DNA of 64,000 nucleotides from Candidatus Zhuqueibacterota bacterium (GTDB taxonomy: Bacteria; Zhuqueibacterota; Zhuqueibacteria; Thermofontimicrobiales; Thermofontimicrobiaceae). A program made the translations under genes and the position numbers. Each line of letters opens with the position of its first letter. Position 1 is the stretch's first letter. The stretch spans positions 32,001 to 96,000 of the forward strand of contig JBMOPW010000007.1 of assembly GCA_049322915.1 (NCBI GenBank), read 5' to 3'. The notes under the pieces were generated by a model. The model was not told the origin of the DNA, did not search any database, and saw only the letters and a program-made list of their open reading frames with translations. This document shows, in pieces, positions 1 through 9,713 of the stretch.

Positions 1-514
1 GGACTAAATCAGCGTTATGGTTCTGATTTGCCGCAGACCAGATTTTGATATGTTCCTTAGGGTCTGTAGAGAGCCAAGACTGTGTTATTGAGTTTGGAAT
101 TAGGTAACCCCCGCCTTGTCGGTTGAAAGCGGGCACAACATCGACCACAAAATCTGTAAACCGGATAGTAACCGCTTGGCCATTCCTGCTGATGTCAGGA
201 GTATTCGAGTAGGTTTTCTTCAAGACTCGTTTTAATAGATCGAGTAAACCTGCTTGACCACCGTTCTGCCCGTTATAGTTGTGAAAGTATTTTGGATCAA
301 GAATAATGACGATATCAATATCAGCTTGTTTCAACGGAGCAATTAGAGTTTGACGTGAATATGATCCTGATAAAAATGAGTCAGAGACGGTAAGGCCATT
401 TTCCACAGCGGTACGAACTGTTTGTTGCCTTGCCGAAACAGTTGCAGTTTGAAGATTTGTTATCTCCAAGTTTGACTTAAATGCATTGAAGGATTCTAAA
501 ATTGTCTTTGCCAT
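1..514 (-). CDS. cGAS/DncV-like nucleotidyltransferase (CD-NTase/SMODS, CBASS cyclase), N-terminal 171 aa; continues beyond the left edge
   Basis: Hand translation from ATG at 514 is open to the window edge: MAKTILESFNAFKSNLEIT...SFLSGSYSRQTLIAPLKQADIDIVIILD...SRNGQAVTIRFTDFVVDVVPAFNRQGGGYLIPNSITQSWLSTDP. It has the GS-x-DxD motif, third Asp in VDVVPA and YxIP...W..TDP typical of SMODS/CD-NTases. Confidence 0.85.
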   Translation of the reverse strand, partial: MAKTILESFNAFKSNLEITNLQTATVSARQQTVRTAVENGLTVSDSFLSGSYSRQTLIAPLKQADIDIVIILDPKYFHNYNGQNGGQAGLLDLLKRVLKKTYSNTPDISRNGQAVTIRFTDFVVDVVPAFNRQGGGYLIPNSITQSWLSTDPKEHIKIWSAANQNHNADLV

Positions 515-848
515 AGTTACTTATCACCGGTCGCACAAGTTACTCTACAGACCCCCATAACATCCCAAGACAAAAAAAAGTCTGTCCCCAAAATACAATG
601 ATAACATGACTTGCTGTGGTTGCATGGCGTATGTTTCAGAGCATGATGCAGACCGCATCATATCCGAAATGTATGGTTACAGCGAGAACGTTTTCCTGTT
701 ATTGCCAATACCTGGCGCCATGCAAACTCACGATGGCGATTTACAAATAACAGTATAGCACAAAGAAGTTCTCCATCGAAAATGGCCGCCCATGTTGTCA
801 CTTTAGAAGGTTGAGCCGTCACGTAAAACTAACATTAAATTCTATTGT

Positions 849-878
849 ATAATATATAAGATTTATTTTCAATGTCAA
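849..878 (-). promoter_or_regulatory. Candidate sigma70 promoter facing the CD-NTase gene
   Basis: Minus strand TTGACA (878-873) followed by TATATT (16-nt spacer) or TATTAT (18-nt spacer) in AT-rich DNA. Confidence 0.45.
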
Positions 879-1222
879 TATTTTTTTATGAGTTAAACAA
901 AAATATACTGTAAAAAATGTTTTCTTTATGAATTTAAGAATTGGGTTTTCCATACTCGTTTCATTTTCTCAGAACATCTGTTCATGGCAATGATTATGGA
1001 GTTTCAATTCAAAAAAATGCCGGGCTGCATTCCTTTTGTACTGAGATTATTTTTTACCTGTTATTCATCTCCTCCACTATTTTTTGGAATGGTCGGATGG
1101 TCGCGACTATTTCAATTTTTCATTGCAGTATTGCATTCGATGCACACCCGACAAAAATTCATCAGGATCGGAAGGCGTTTTCATTTTTTTTTCGCGTGAA
1201 TTGGGAAGAAAAATCTTTTTTC

Positions 1223-1251
1223 TTGACAATGAAAAAAAAAAATGTTATAAT
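1223..1251 (+). promoter_or_regulatory. Consensus sigma70 promoter of the pyr operon
   Basis: TTGACA (1223-1228), 17-nt spacer, TATAAT (1246-1251), with extended -10 TG. Confidence 0.85.
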
Positions 1252-1267
1252 GGGTTAACTAATTTTT

Positions 1268-1344
1268 CCCTTTAAACCCATCCTGCGAGATCGGAAAGGG
1301 GCGTATTTCTCAGAGACCTTCGCACGCCCGCAGAAGGTTTTTTT
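1268..1344 (+). promoter_or_regulatory. PyrR-binding attenuator leader
   Basis: CCCTTT-AAACCCATCCTGCGAGATCGG-AAAGGG resembles the PyrR binding loop (ARUCCNGNGAGGYU). It is followed by hairpin ACCTTC...GAAGGT plus a T-run just before pyrR. Confidence 0.75.
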
Positions 1345-1365
1345 ATGTCCAAAAATTCGAAGGCA

Positions 1366-1938
1366 ATGGAAAGAAAAATAAAAGCCAAAATCATCGATCA
1401 GGTCGGTCTCAAAAGGACGATACTGCGGCTCGCCCATGAAATCCTGGAGCGGAACAAAGGTTCCGAAAAGCTGATCCTTGTGGGGGTTCGCACGCGGGGC
1501 GTCTATGTGGCGCAGCGCATTTTGAAAGAGGTCGAGAAGATCGAGAAGAAAAAAATTCCATTGGGGATATTGGATATCACCATGTATCGGGATGATTTCC
1601 GGCAGCGATTGAAACAGCCGATTGTGCAGCAAACCGACATCCCGTTTGACATCGATGAAAAGACGGTCGTTCTTGTGGATGACGTGCTTTACACCGGTCG
1701 CACAACGCGCGCTGCCCTGGAAGCGCTGATGTCCTTTGGCCGGCCGGCGAAAATTCAGCTCGCGGTGCTGGTCGATCGCGGCCACAGGGAGTTGCCGATA
1801 AAACCCGACTATGTCGGGAAGAACATTCCGACCTCGATTGGCGAGGAGATACAGGTGAAAATGATAGAAGTCGACGACGATGATTGCGTGCTGCTGGTCG
1901 AAAGCCCGGCAACCGATAGCTCTAACTTAACGATATGA
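1366..1938 (+). CDS. pyrR: Bifunctional pyrimidine regulator/uracil phosphoribosyltransferase PyrR
   Basis: LDITMYRDD, VVLVDDVLYTGRT, LAVLVDRGHRELPIKPDYVGKN. ATG 1366 preferred over 1345, which abuts the terminator T-run. Confidence 0.97.
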   Translation: MERKIKAKIIDQVGLKRTILRLAHEILERNKGSEKLILVGVRTRGVYVAQRILKEVEKIEKKKIPLGILDITMYRDDFRQRLKQPIVQQTDIPFDIDEKTVVLVDDVLYTGRTTRAALEALMSFGRPAKIQLAVLVDRGHRELPIKPDYVGKNIPTSIGEEIQVKMIEVDDDDCVLLVESPATDSSNLTI

Positions 1939-1980
1939 AAATTAAACCAGACCTGATGACGTTAACCAAATTGAATAACG

Positions 1981-2910
1981 ATGGATTTTAAACGTAAGCA
2001 TCTTTTAGGTCTCGAAGATGTTAGCGCAGAGGAAATAGCTCTGATTCTGGATACTGCCAAATCGTTCAAGGAAGTATTGGACAGACCCATTCCGAAAGTG
2101 CCAACACTTCGGGGAAAAACAATTGTGAATCTCTTTTTCGAACCCTCCACGCGTACCCGCATTTCTTTTGAATTAGCAGAAAAGCGTCTCTCCGCTGATA
2201 CCATCAGTTTTTCTACATCAACCTCTGCCGTTAAAAAAGGCGAAAGTCTTCGGGACACTGCCCAGAATATCGAAGCCATGAAAGTGGATATGGTCGTGAT
2301 TCGCCACGGCGCTTCCGGCGCGCCTCATGCGCTGACGAAATGGATCAAAGGTTCTGTTGTCAATGCCGGCGACGGGTGTCACGAGCATCCCACTCAGGCG
2401 CTGCTGGATATGATGACCCTGCGCGATATTTTCGGCGATCTCAAAGGGCTTAGGGTCGCCATTGTCGGGGATATTCTGCACTCCCGGGTGGCCAGATCCA
2501 ATATCTACGGATTGAATACCATGGGAGCAGAAGTGGCGCTGTGCGGTCCCTCTCCGCTCATTCCAATCAAAGCCGAACAATGGAAGCAGCGAACCTTCTT
2601 CGACGTGGACGAGGCGATCGTCTGGGCCGATGTCATCATGGTGCTGCGCATTCAGTTGGAGCGCCAGTCACAAAATTTCTTCCCATCGCTGCGGGAGTAC
2701 CACAACTATTTCGGAATCACCCGGGAACGACTGGAAAAAGCCGGCAAGAAAGTGACTATTATGCATCCCGGCCCTATCAATCGCGGCATTGAAATCGAAA
2801 GCGACCTCGCCGATGATAGTGAATACTCTGTCATTCTGGATCAGGTGACCAATGGCGTCGCCATTCGCATGGCGATTTTGTATCTCCTCAGCGGTGAAAA
2901 ACAGGAATAG
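1981..2910 (+). CDS. pyrB: Aspartate carbamoyltransferase catalytic subunit
   Basis: [49 protein letters not shown]. Confidence 0.98.
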   Translation: MDFKRKHLLGLEDVSAEEIALILDTAKSFKEVLDRPIPKVPTLRGKTIVNLFFEPSTRTRISFELAEKRLSADTISFSTSTSAVKKGESLRDTAQNIEAMKVDMVVIRHGASGAPHALTKWIKGSVVNAGDGCHEHPTQALLDMMTLRDIFGDLKGLRVAIVGDILHSRVARSNIYGLNTMGAEVALCGPSPLIPIKAEQWKQRTFFDVDEAIVWADVIMVLRIQLERQSQNFFPSLREYHNYFGITRERLEKAGKKVTIMHPGPINRGIEIESDLADDSEYSVILDQVTNGVAIRMAILYLLSGEKQE

Positions 2911-2983
2911 CGATTTGTCATTATAATAATGAAATGAACGAAGATTTCATACTGGATTTGAACATACACAAGCAATTTTATCT

Positions 2984-4339
2984 ATGAAGAAAAAACTCAC
3001 AAAAAGTCATGTCTCATTTGAGCAGCGCGACCGTGCTGCCCTTGTACCTGCGCAAAAAGTACTCATTCGCAATGCGAAAATCATTGGCGGTCAGCAGAAG
3101 GCCAACACCCTGTTCGATATTCTCATCGTGGATGGGAAAATTGCCGAGCTGAAACCGGGGCTCGAACTGTCCCATGATTTTGGCGGGCAGATCATCGATG
3201 CGACCGGTTTGCTTGTCTTCCCCGGTTTCATGGATTTGCACGTCCATTTCAGGGAGCCCGGGCGCGAAGATGAAGAGACCATTCGGAGCGGCGCTGCCGC
3301 GGCCATGGCCGGCGGATTTACGGCTGCCTGCACCATGCCCAATACGCAGCCAGTGACAGACAATAAAGAGATTGTGGAATATATTCAAGATCAGGTGAAG
3401 AACCATCTGGTCAAAATTTATCCCATCGCTGCCATCACGCGGGGACAAAAGGGGGAGGAGATTGTCGACATCGCCGAGTTGATCGACGCCGGCGTGGTCG
3501 CCTTCTCTGATGACGGGCGCTCTGTCGCAAATAGTCTGGTGCTGCGCCGCGCCATGGAATATGCGCGCATGTTTGACGTTCCGATCATTGAGCATTGCGA
3601 GGACAGCAACCTTGCGGCCGGCGGCGCCATGCACGAGGGATACATGTCCACAAAATTGGGGATGCCGGGCATTCCAGCCATTGCCGAAGACATCGTTGTC
3701 GCGCGAAATATCATGCTGGCTGAATACCTGCAATGCAAAATTCATATCGCCCATGTGTCCACGGCCGGCGCTGTGGAGCTCATTCGTCGGGCAAAGGAAA
3801 AAGGCATTCAGGTGACGGCCGAGGTGACGCCCCATCATTTCACGCTGACCGATGAGACAATCGGCACGTTCGATGCGAACTACAAAATGAATCCACCCCT
3901 GCGGGACAGCTTCCACATTGACGCGCTGATTCGCGGATTGAAAGACGGCGCCATCGATGCCATCGCCACAGACCATGCGCCCCATTCAGCGGAGGAGAAA
4001 GAGGCCGAGTTCGAAATAGCCCCGTTTGGCATTATCGGTCTGGAAACGGCGGTGGGACTCGTGACCACGCAACTGGTCGGGACAGGCCAGTTGACCTGGG
4101 ACCAGGTGGCTGAAAAAATGAGTCTGAATCCCTGCAGCATAGTGGGAGTTGATGCTCCGGCAATTCGGGTGGGCGAGACGGCGAATTTAACCATCATTGA
4201 TCCGGAGAAAAAATGGATGGTCGACAAGTCCGCGTTCAAATCCAGGTCGCAGAATTCACCATTCATCGGAAGGGAATTGAAGGGCAAACCTGTGCTGGTT
4301 TTTAATCAGGGTTATTATTACTCCAATGATCGCACGTAG
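2984..4339 (+). CDS. pyrC: Dihydroorotase
   Basis: DLHVHFREPG, MPNT, EVTPHH, KMNPPLR, ATDHAPH; follows pyrB. Confidence 0.96.
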   Translation: MKKKLTKSHVSFEQRDRAALVPAQKVLIRNAKIIGGQQKANTLFDILIVDGKIAELKPGLELSHDFGGQIIDATGLLVFPGFMDLHVHFREPGREDEETIRSGAAAAMAGGFTAACTMPNTQPVTDNKEIVEYIQDQVKNHLVKIYPIAAITRGQKGEEIVDIAELIDAGVVAFSDDGRSVANSLVLRRAMEYARMFDVPIIEHCEDSNLAAGGAMHEGYMSTKLGMPGIPAIAEDIVVARNIMLAEYLQCKIHIAHVSTAGAVELIRRAKEKGIQVTAEVTPHHFTLTDETIGTFDANYKMNPPLRDSFHIDALIRGLKDGAIDAIATDHAPHSAEEKEAEFEIAPFGIIGLETAVGLVTTQLVGTGQLTWDQVAEKMSLNPCSIVGVDAPAIRVGETANLTIIDPEKKWMVDKSAFKSRSQNSPFIGRELKGKPVLVFNQGYYYSNDRT

Positions 4340-4387
4340 CCGCATCAGATTTTCAGGGAGTCATAACCTTAAAACAAGAAAACACGT

Positions 4388-5533
4388 GTGGACCCAAAAA
4401 TGATCTCTGACCGTTCGCAGAAAATTTCTCCGTTCATCGTAATGGAAGTGCTGGAACGGGCGCAGCGCATGGAGCGCGCTGGCGAACATATCATTCATCT
4501 GGAAGTGGGCGAACCCGACTTTGATACGCCGCCGAAAATCACTGAAGCTGCCTGTAAATCTCTGACCCGGGGTGAAACGCACTACACCCACAGTTTGGGC
4601 ATTTGGCCGTTGCGGGAAGCCGTTGCCCGGCACTATTCCGAACAATACTCCATCTCTGTCTCGCCGGAACAGGTTATCATCACATCAGGTACATCGCCGG
4701 CGCTGCTGCTTGCGCTCTCGGCGGTGGTCAATCCCGGTGACAATGTGATCTGCGCAAATCCCAGCTACGCCTGCTACAAAAATTTCATCACGTATCTCAA
4801 CGCAGAACCCAATTGCGTGTTCGTGACCGAGCAGGATGGCTTTCAATATCGGCCGACTGAAATCCGGGCGAACATAAACGCGCTGACCCGGGCGATCATG
4901 ATCAATTCTCCGTCCAATCCGACCGGCAATCTCCTGTCCCCGGACGTGATGAAGCAAATTGCCGGACTGGGACCGATTGTCATTTCCGATGAGATTTATC
5001 ACGGTCTTGTTTATGGCGAGGCAGCCCATTCCATTCTTGAATTCACCGACAATGCCATTGTGCTGAACGGCTTTTCCAAATTGTATGCCATGACCGGCTG
5101 GCGATTGGGCTACCTCATTGTTCCGGCAGAGCTGGTTCGACCGATTCAGAAATTTCAGCAGAATCTGTTCATTTCGCCCAATTCGTTCGTTCAGGCCGGG
5201 GGCCTGTCCGCGTTGACCGAACATCACCCGGAAATTGAAGCTATGGTGCAGACATACAATGTCCGAAGAAGATTCATCATCGATCGACTTCGCGACATCG
5301 GCTTCGGCATTTCTGTGGAGCCCACCGGCGCTTTCTATGTATTTGCCAATTGCCATCGATTCCGTTCCAATTCATACGACTTCGCCTTCGAACTGCTGGA
5401 GAAAGCCAAAGTGGCAGTGACGCCCGGGATCGATTTCGGCGCTAACGGGGAAGGATTTCTGAGATTTTCCTATGCCAATTCGATTGAGAAAATTGCCATC
5501 GGCATGGACCGTCTGGCCGCTTATCTCAAGTGA
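4388..5533 (+). CDS. PLP-dependent class I/II (aspartate-type) aminotransferase
   Basis: GEPDF, NSPSNPTG, SDEIY, GFSKLYAMTGWRLGY. Confidence 0.93.
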   Translation: MDPKMISDRSQKISPFIVMEVLERAQRMERAGEHIIHLEVGEPDFDTPPKITEAACKSLTRGETHYTHSLGIWPLREAVARHYSEQYSISVSPEQVIITSGTSPALLLALSAVVNPGDNVICANPSYACYKNFITYLNAEPNCVFVTEQDGFQYRPTEIRANINALTRAIMINSPSNPTGNLLSPDVMKQIAGLGPIVISDEIYHGLVYGEAAHSILEFTDNAIVLNGFSKLYAMTGWRLGYLIVPAELVRPIQKFQQNLFISPNSFVQAGGLSALTEHHPEIEAMVQTYNVRRRFIIDRLRDIGFGISVEPTGAFYVFANCHRFRSNSYDFAFELLEKAKVAVTPGIDFGANGEGFLRFSYANSIEKIAIGMDRLAAYLK

Positions 5534-5993
5534 AGTCTGGCCGAAGAAATTGGTGAAAAAAACTTCTTGACAATTATTTTAAAAATCTTTAATTTTTGCT
5601 TTAGCTTTTCATTGTTGATTTGGTTCAATGTTGCGGCAGTGTGACTCCTTAATTAATTCAGAGGAGGGCTCAATTTGAAAAAGCCAGTATCGGGTCATTG
5701 GAGCGATGGGGAAGAAGATTGATTGAGTTGTGACTGCGGCTCATCAGATGCGAATGTCGGTTCAGCCGGCGCAGCAGATTTTAAATAGAAATCAAATGTT
5801 CGTAATGTTATTGTAACATTTACCAGTTAAATTTTCCATTCAAAAATTTGAGTTAAATAAAGTGGTGCTCATATCCGTTATTAACAAACGTGAATCTGCA
5901 AGGGAAAGGAGGTCGTAAGGCGTTAGTTGATAGTGGTGGTACAGCGTTTTGTAATTAATTCATTTTTATTTAATAACCTTAAGGAGGAAAAGC

Positions 5994-8900
5994 ATGAGAA
6001 ATGTAATTCTTTTTTTAATTGTTACTCTCATTTGTATACCGTCATTTCTGATGGCGCAGGGAGTAACAACAGCTTCAATAAACGGCACTGTGACTGCTGC
6101 TAACGGTGAAATATTACCTGGCGCAAATATCGTCACGCTTCATGTCCCCAGCGGCACGGTTTCTGGTTCCATTTCACGTTCAGATGGTAACTTTAATGTT
6201 ACTGGTTTGCGCGTTGGCGGGCCCTACACTATTACCGTCTCTTACATCGGCTATAAAACTCAGAAAGAGGAAAATGTATTTCTTACTTTGGGTCAATCTT
6301 TAAGATTGGAATTTAAACTTCCAGAGGAAGCGCTTGAAATTGGAGAACTTGAAGTAACTGCTGAACGCAATGCCATTATGAGTGCATCCAGAACCGGCGC
6401 TACCACATCGATTAGTCGTGAGGCAGTTGCCTCTTTGCCCAGTATTACCGGTCGAATTGAGGACTTCGTACGATTAACACCTCAGTACAATCCTTCTGGC
6501 TATGGATTTTCATTTGCCGGTATGGATAATCGCCTCAATAATGTCACTGTTGACGGTTCATATTTCAATAATTCATTCGGTCTGTCCGGTCAACCCGGCG
6601 ACAGAACCGGTGTTGCTCCGATTTCGCTGGATGCCATCGAGCAGCTCCAAATTAACGTGTCACCTTACGATGTTCGTCAGGGTAATTTTGTCGGTGCCAA
6701 CGTGAATACAGTTACGAAAAGCGGTACCAACGAATACAAAGGTTCGATTTATACGCAAACCCGTAACCAGGACTGGGTAGGTACAGAAGCCAAAGATCTG
6801 GAATTTGATCCAGGTACGTTTAAATATAACCGTATTGGTATTTCTGGGAGCGGTCCAATTATTAAAAACAAATTATTTTTCTTTGTTAACTATGAAGGCG
6901 ATAAACTAACGCAACCAGGAACCACGTTTACAGCAAATACCGGTGGACAAACCGTTGCTGGTAACACTACCCGCGTGTTAGCATCGGATTTGAATGCTCT
7001 CAGCAGTTACCTGTCCACGAATTTTGGCTATGACACAGGCCCCTATCAAGGATACGATTTCGATACGCCAGCTACCCGTTTCATTGCTAAAGTTGACTAT
7101 AATATCAATGCCCGAAACAAAGTAAGCGTTCGTTATAATCACCTGGATTCAGAAACAGATGTGCTGTTATCGAATTCATCTTCTCTCGGCGCTGGCAGTC
7201 GTCGTAGCAATACAACTGGTCTGAATTTCGCCAACTCGAATTACATTATTATGGAAAACATTCGCTCGGTTGTCGGCGAATGGAACTCGATGATCGGCAA
7301 AAATATGGCCAATAATCTCATTGTTGGTTACACGTATAATGATGAAAGCCGTAAAGCTGTTGGTGAATTTTTCCCATTGGTCGATATTAAAGAAAGTGGC
7401 TCGGTTTATACGTCTTTTGGTTTTGAACCGTTTACGCCGAACAATGAACTGCGTTACAGCAGCTATCAATTACAAAACAACTTCATGCTTTATTTAAAAA
7501 AACACAGCTTAACTTTCGGCATCAGCTTGGAACGATACAAATCTGAAAACGTATTTTTCCCGGGATCACAGAGTATTTATGTCTATAATTCCCTTGCCGA
7601 TTTTTACACCGATGCAAATGATTACCTGGCAAATCCTGACAGAACCACATCGCCGGTTACTTTAGGGCGATTCCAGGTTCGTTGGTCCAATATTCCCGGA
7701 CAAACCAAACCGATTCAACCTCTGAAAGTAATTTATGCTGGCGTTTATGCGCAGGATGAATGGCAGGTCAATAAAAAACTTGTGGTCACTGGCGGTTTAC
7801 GTTTGGATGTTCCATTCTTTGGCGATACTGGTTATGAGAATGCCAATGCGGATGCATTATCCTTTATGGATGAGGATGGAAATACTGTAAAATATGAAAC
7901 CAAGAAACTTCCTGATCCCCATGTATTATTCTCCCCGCGAATTGGTTTCAACTGGGATGTTACTGGCGAACGAACCACGCAACTCCGCGGCGGCACCGGC
8001 ATATTCACCGGACGTCCGGCTTATGTCTGGATTTCCAATCAGATTGGCAACACCGGTGTGTTGACTGGTTTCTTAGATGCGTCCAACACCACGGCTTACC
8101 CGTTCAATCCGGATCCGAATCATTACAAACCAACCAGCGTAACCGGCGATCCGGCGAGTTCCTATGAATTAGCACTTACCGATAAGAATTTCAAATTTCC
8201 ACAATTATGGAGAAGCAACCTGGGTGTCGATCAACGCTTATGGTTTGGTGTAATTGGAACAGCCGAACTGATGTACAGCCGCGATATCAACGGCATTTAT
8301 TATATCAATGCCAATTTAACGAAGCCCAATGGCAATTTTGTTGGCGCTGATGATCGTCCCCGCTGGACAGGCTCCAATAGAATCAATTCAAATGTAAGCA
8401 ATGCCACTGTCTTGAAAAACCAGAATGTGGGTTCTTCCTGGTTCCTAAGCTTAGGATTGGAAAAACCGTTTTCTGATAATTGGTATGCTAAAGCCGCGTA
8501 TAGCTTTGGTGTCTCTAAAAATACGGTTGATCCCGGTTCCATCGCCTATGGTTCCTGGAGCAATAATGCTCAATCCGGAAATCCCAATGATCCGGGTGTA
8601 GCTTATGCTTCTACGTCTCCGGCATCACGCTTCATTACAGCGCTTTCCTATCGAAAAGAGTATTTCAAATTAGGCGCCACTACTTTCTCGTTGTTCCTCG
8701 ACGCTTATTCGCTGGGTACAACTAGCTACATATTCAGCGCTGATATGAATGGTGATGGTTGCAAAAATGATTTGCTCTATATTGCAAAGGACAAATCGGA
8801 AATGAATTTCCTGGAATATACGGATAAAAATGGCACCTACACCGCTGAGCAACAAGCAGACGCCTGGGAAGCTTATATAAAGCAGGATGAATATTTAAGC

Positions 8901-9260
8901 GACCATCGCGGTGAATATGCCAAACGAAATGCGGTTCAACTGCCGATGGTAATGCGCATGGATTTCAATATCACCCAGGAATTATTTGCCAGTCTTTTTG
9001 AGAAGAGGAATACACTTCAATTGCGAGTCGATTTCCTGAATGTTGGCAATTTATTAAATAAAGATTGGGGTGTCGGACAACGTTTGGTTTCTAATCAACC
9101 GTTGGTCGTTGATTCTAAAAATCCGGCCGATGCAAGCGGCAAGTCCATTTATAAATTATATAATGTCAATGGTAAACTGCTTTCAAAGACATACGAACAG
9201 ACATCAAGTATTTATGATGTGTTCCGAATCATGGTCGGAGTACGCTATAATTTTAATTAA
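5994..9260 (+). CDS. TonB-dependent receptor, Oar-like, with N-terminal carboxypeptidase-regulatory-like domain
   Basis: Signal peptide, GLRVGGPYT, NNVTVDG..FNNSFGL plug, PYDVRQG, VTKSGTN, SPRIGFNWD, C-terminal GVRYNFN. Confidence 0.92.
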   Translation: MRNVILFLIVTLICIPSFLMAQGVTTASINGTVTAANGEILPGANIVTLHVPSGTVSGSISRSDGNFNVTGLRVGGPYTITVSYIGYKTQKEENVFLTLGQSLRLEFKLPEEALEIGELEVTAERNAIMSASRTGATTSISREAVASLPSITGRIEDFVRLTPQYNPSGYGFSFAGMDNRLNNVTVDGSYFNNSFGLSGQPGDRTGVAPISLDAIEQLQINVSPYDVRQGNFVGANVNTVTKSGTNEYKGSIYTQTRNQDWVGTEAKDLEFDPGTFKYNRIGISGSGPIIKNKLFFFVNYEGDKLTQPGTTFTANTGGQTVAGNTTRVLASDLNALSSYLSTNFGYDTGPYQGYDFDTPATRFIAKVDYNINARNKVSVRYNHLDSETDVLLSNSSSLGAGSRRSNTTGLNFANSNYIIMENIRSVVGEWNSMIGKNMANNLIVGYTYNDESRKAVGEFFPLVDIKESGSVYTSFGFEPFTPNNELRYSSYQLQNNFMLYLKKHSLTFGISLERYKSENVFFPGSQSIYVYNSLADFYTDANDYLANPDRTTSPVTLGRFQVRWSNIPGQTKPIQPLKVIYAGVYAQDEWQVNKKLVVTGGLRLDVPFFGDTGYENANADALSFMDEDGNTVKYETKKLPDPHVLFSPRIGFNWDVTGERTTQLRGGTGIFTGRPAYVWISNQIGNTGVLTGFLDASNTTAYPFNPDPNHYKPTSVTGDPASSYELALTDKNFKFPQLWRSNLGVDQRLWFGVIGTAELMYSRDINGIYYINANLTKPNGNFVGADDRPRWTGSNRINSNVSNATVLKNQNVGSSWFLSLGLEKPFSDNWYAKAAYSFGVSKNTVDPGSIAYGSWSNNAQSGNPNDPGVAYASTSPASRFITALSYRKEYFKLGATTFSLFLDAYSLGTTSYIFSADMNGDGCKNDLLYIAKDKSEMNFLEYTDKNGTYTAEQQADAWEAYIKQDEYLSDHRGEYAKRNAVQLPMVMRMDFNITQELFASLFEKRNTLQLRVDFLNVGNLLNKDWGVGQRLVSNQPLVVDSKNPADASGKSIYKLYNVNGKLLSKTYEQTSSIYDVFRIMVGVRYNFN

Positions 9261-9277
9261 TCAATTTGCAGTTACCT

Positions 9278-9311
9278 AAAAAAAAGCCGCTCTTGCCAGG
9301 GCGGCTTTTTT
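9278..9311 (+). terminator. Intrinsic terminator, possibly bidirectional
   Basis: A-run, GCCGCTCT-TGCC-AGGGCGGC stem-loop, T-run directly after the TBDR stop. Confidence 0.85.
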
Positions 9312-9713
9312 ATTGTGTTGGGTATATTCAACAGCTTGGAATCCGAATCAAACGCTGGTAATCCTGGGATAATTTGGATGACCAGGAAGGAGTTATGAAA
9401 AATTTCCAAGCTCGCTGACCCGTACTCAAAATCCCGCTGTTGACAGGGCGATATCGACCTGTTCCTGCCAGACGGACTGAAATGGTCTGACCGAGCGGTG
9501 GTATCCGAAAGTCAGGCAAATGATGTAGTCAACATACAGTCAGTCTGATTGTCCAGGGTGAATATGCACTAACGTTATCAATATTTGTTGTTACTCTCGG
9601 CCAGCTCGTCGTTCCTGTGCGCCGTCTGTGAACCCTGGCTTTCCACGGGCTGATTGTTCTATGATTAATCAGTGACCGACTAGCAAAAACCATCAACTAA
9701 CCGGTATCCAATA

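Noticed and set aside
515..830. Possible RAYT transposase remnant (GNNRK peptide; CAGACCCC and CTGTCCCC motifs) or integron attC site next to the CD-NTase
   Set aside because: Only a 14-codon frame and short motifs; no HUH motif or attC-like paired boxes could be supported.
941..1275. Three short ORFs upstream of pyrR
   Set aside because: AT-rich promoter region; Phe-rich low-complexity translations overlapping the promoter.
5540..5990. Riboswitch (cobalamin/TPP) in the long TBDR leader
   Set aside because: No recognisable conserved boxes; would need an Rfam scan.
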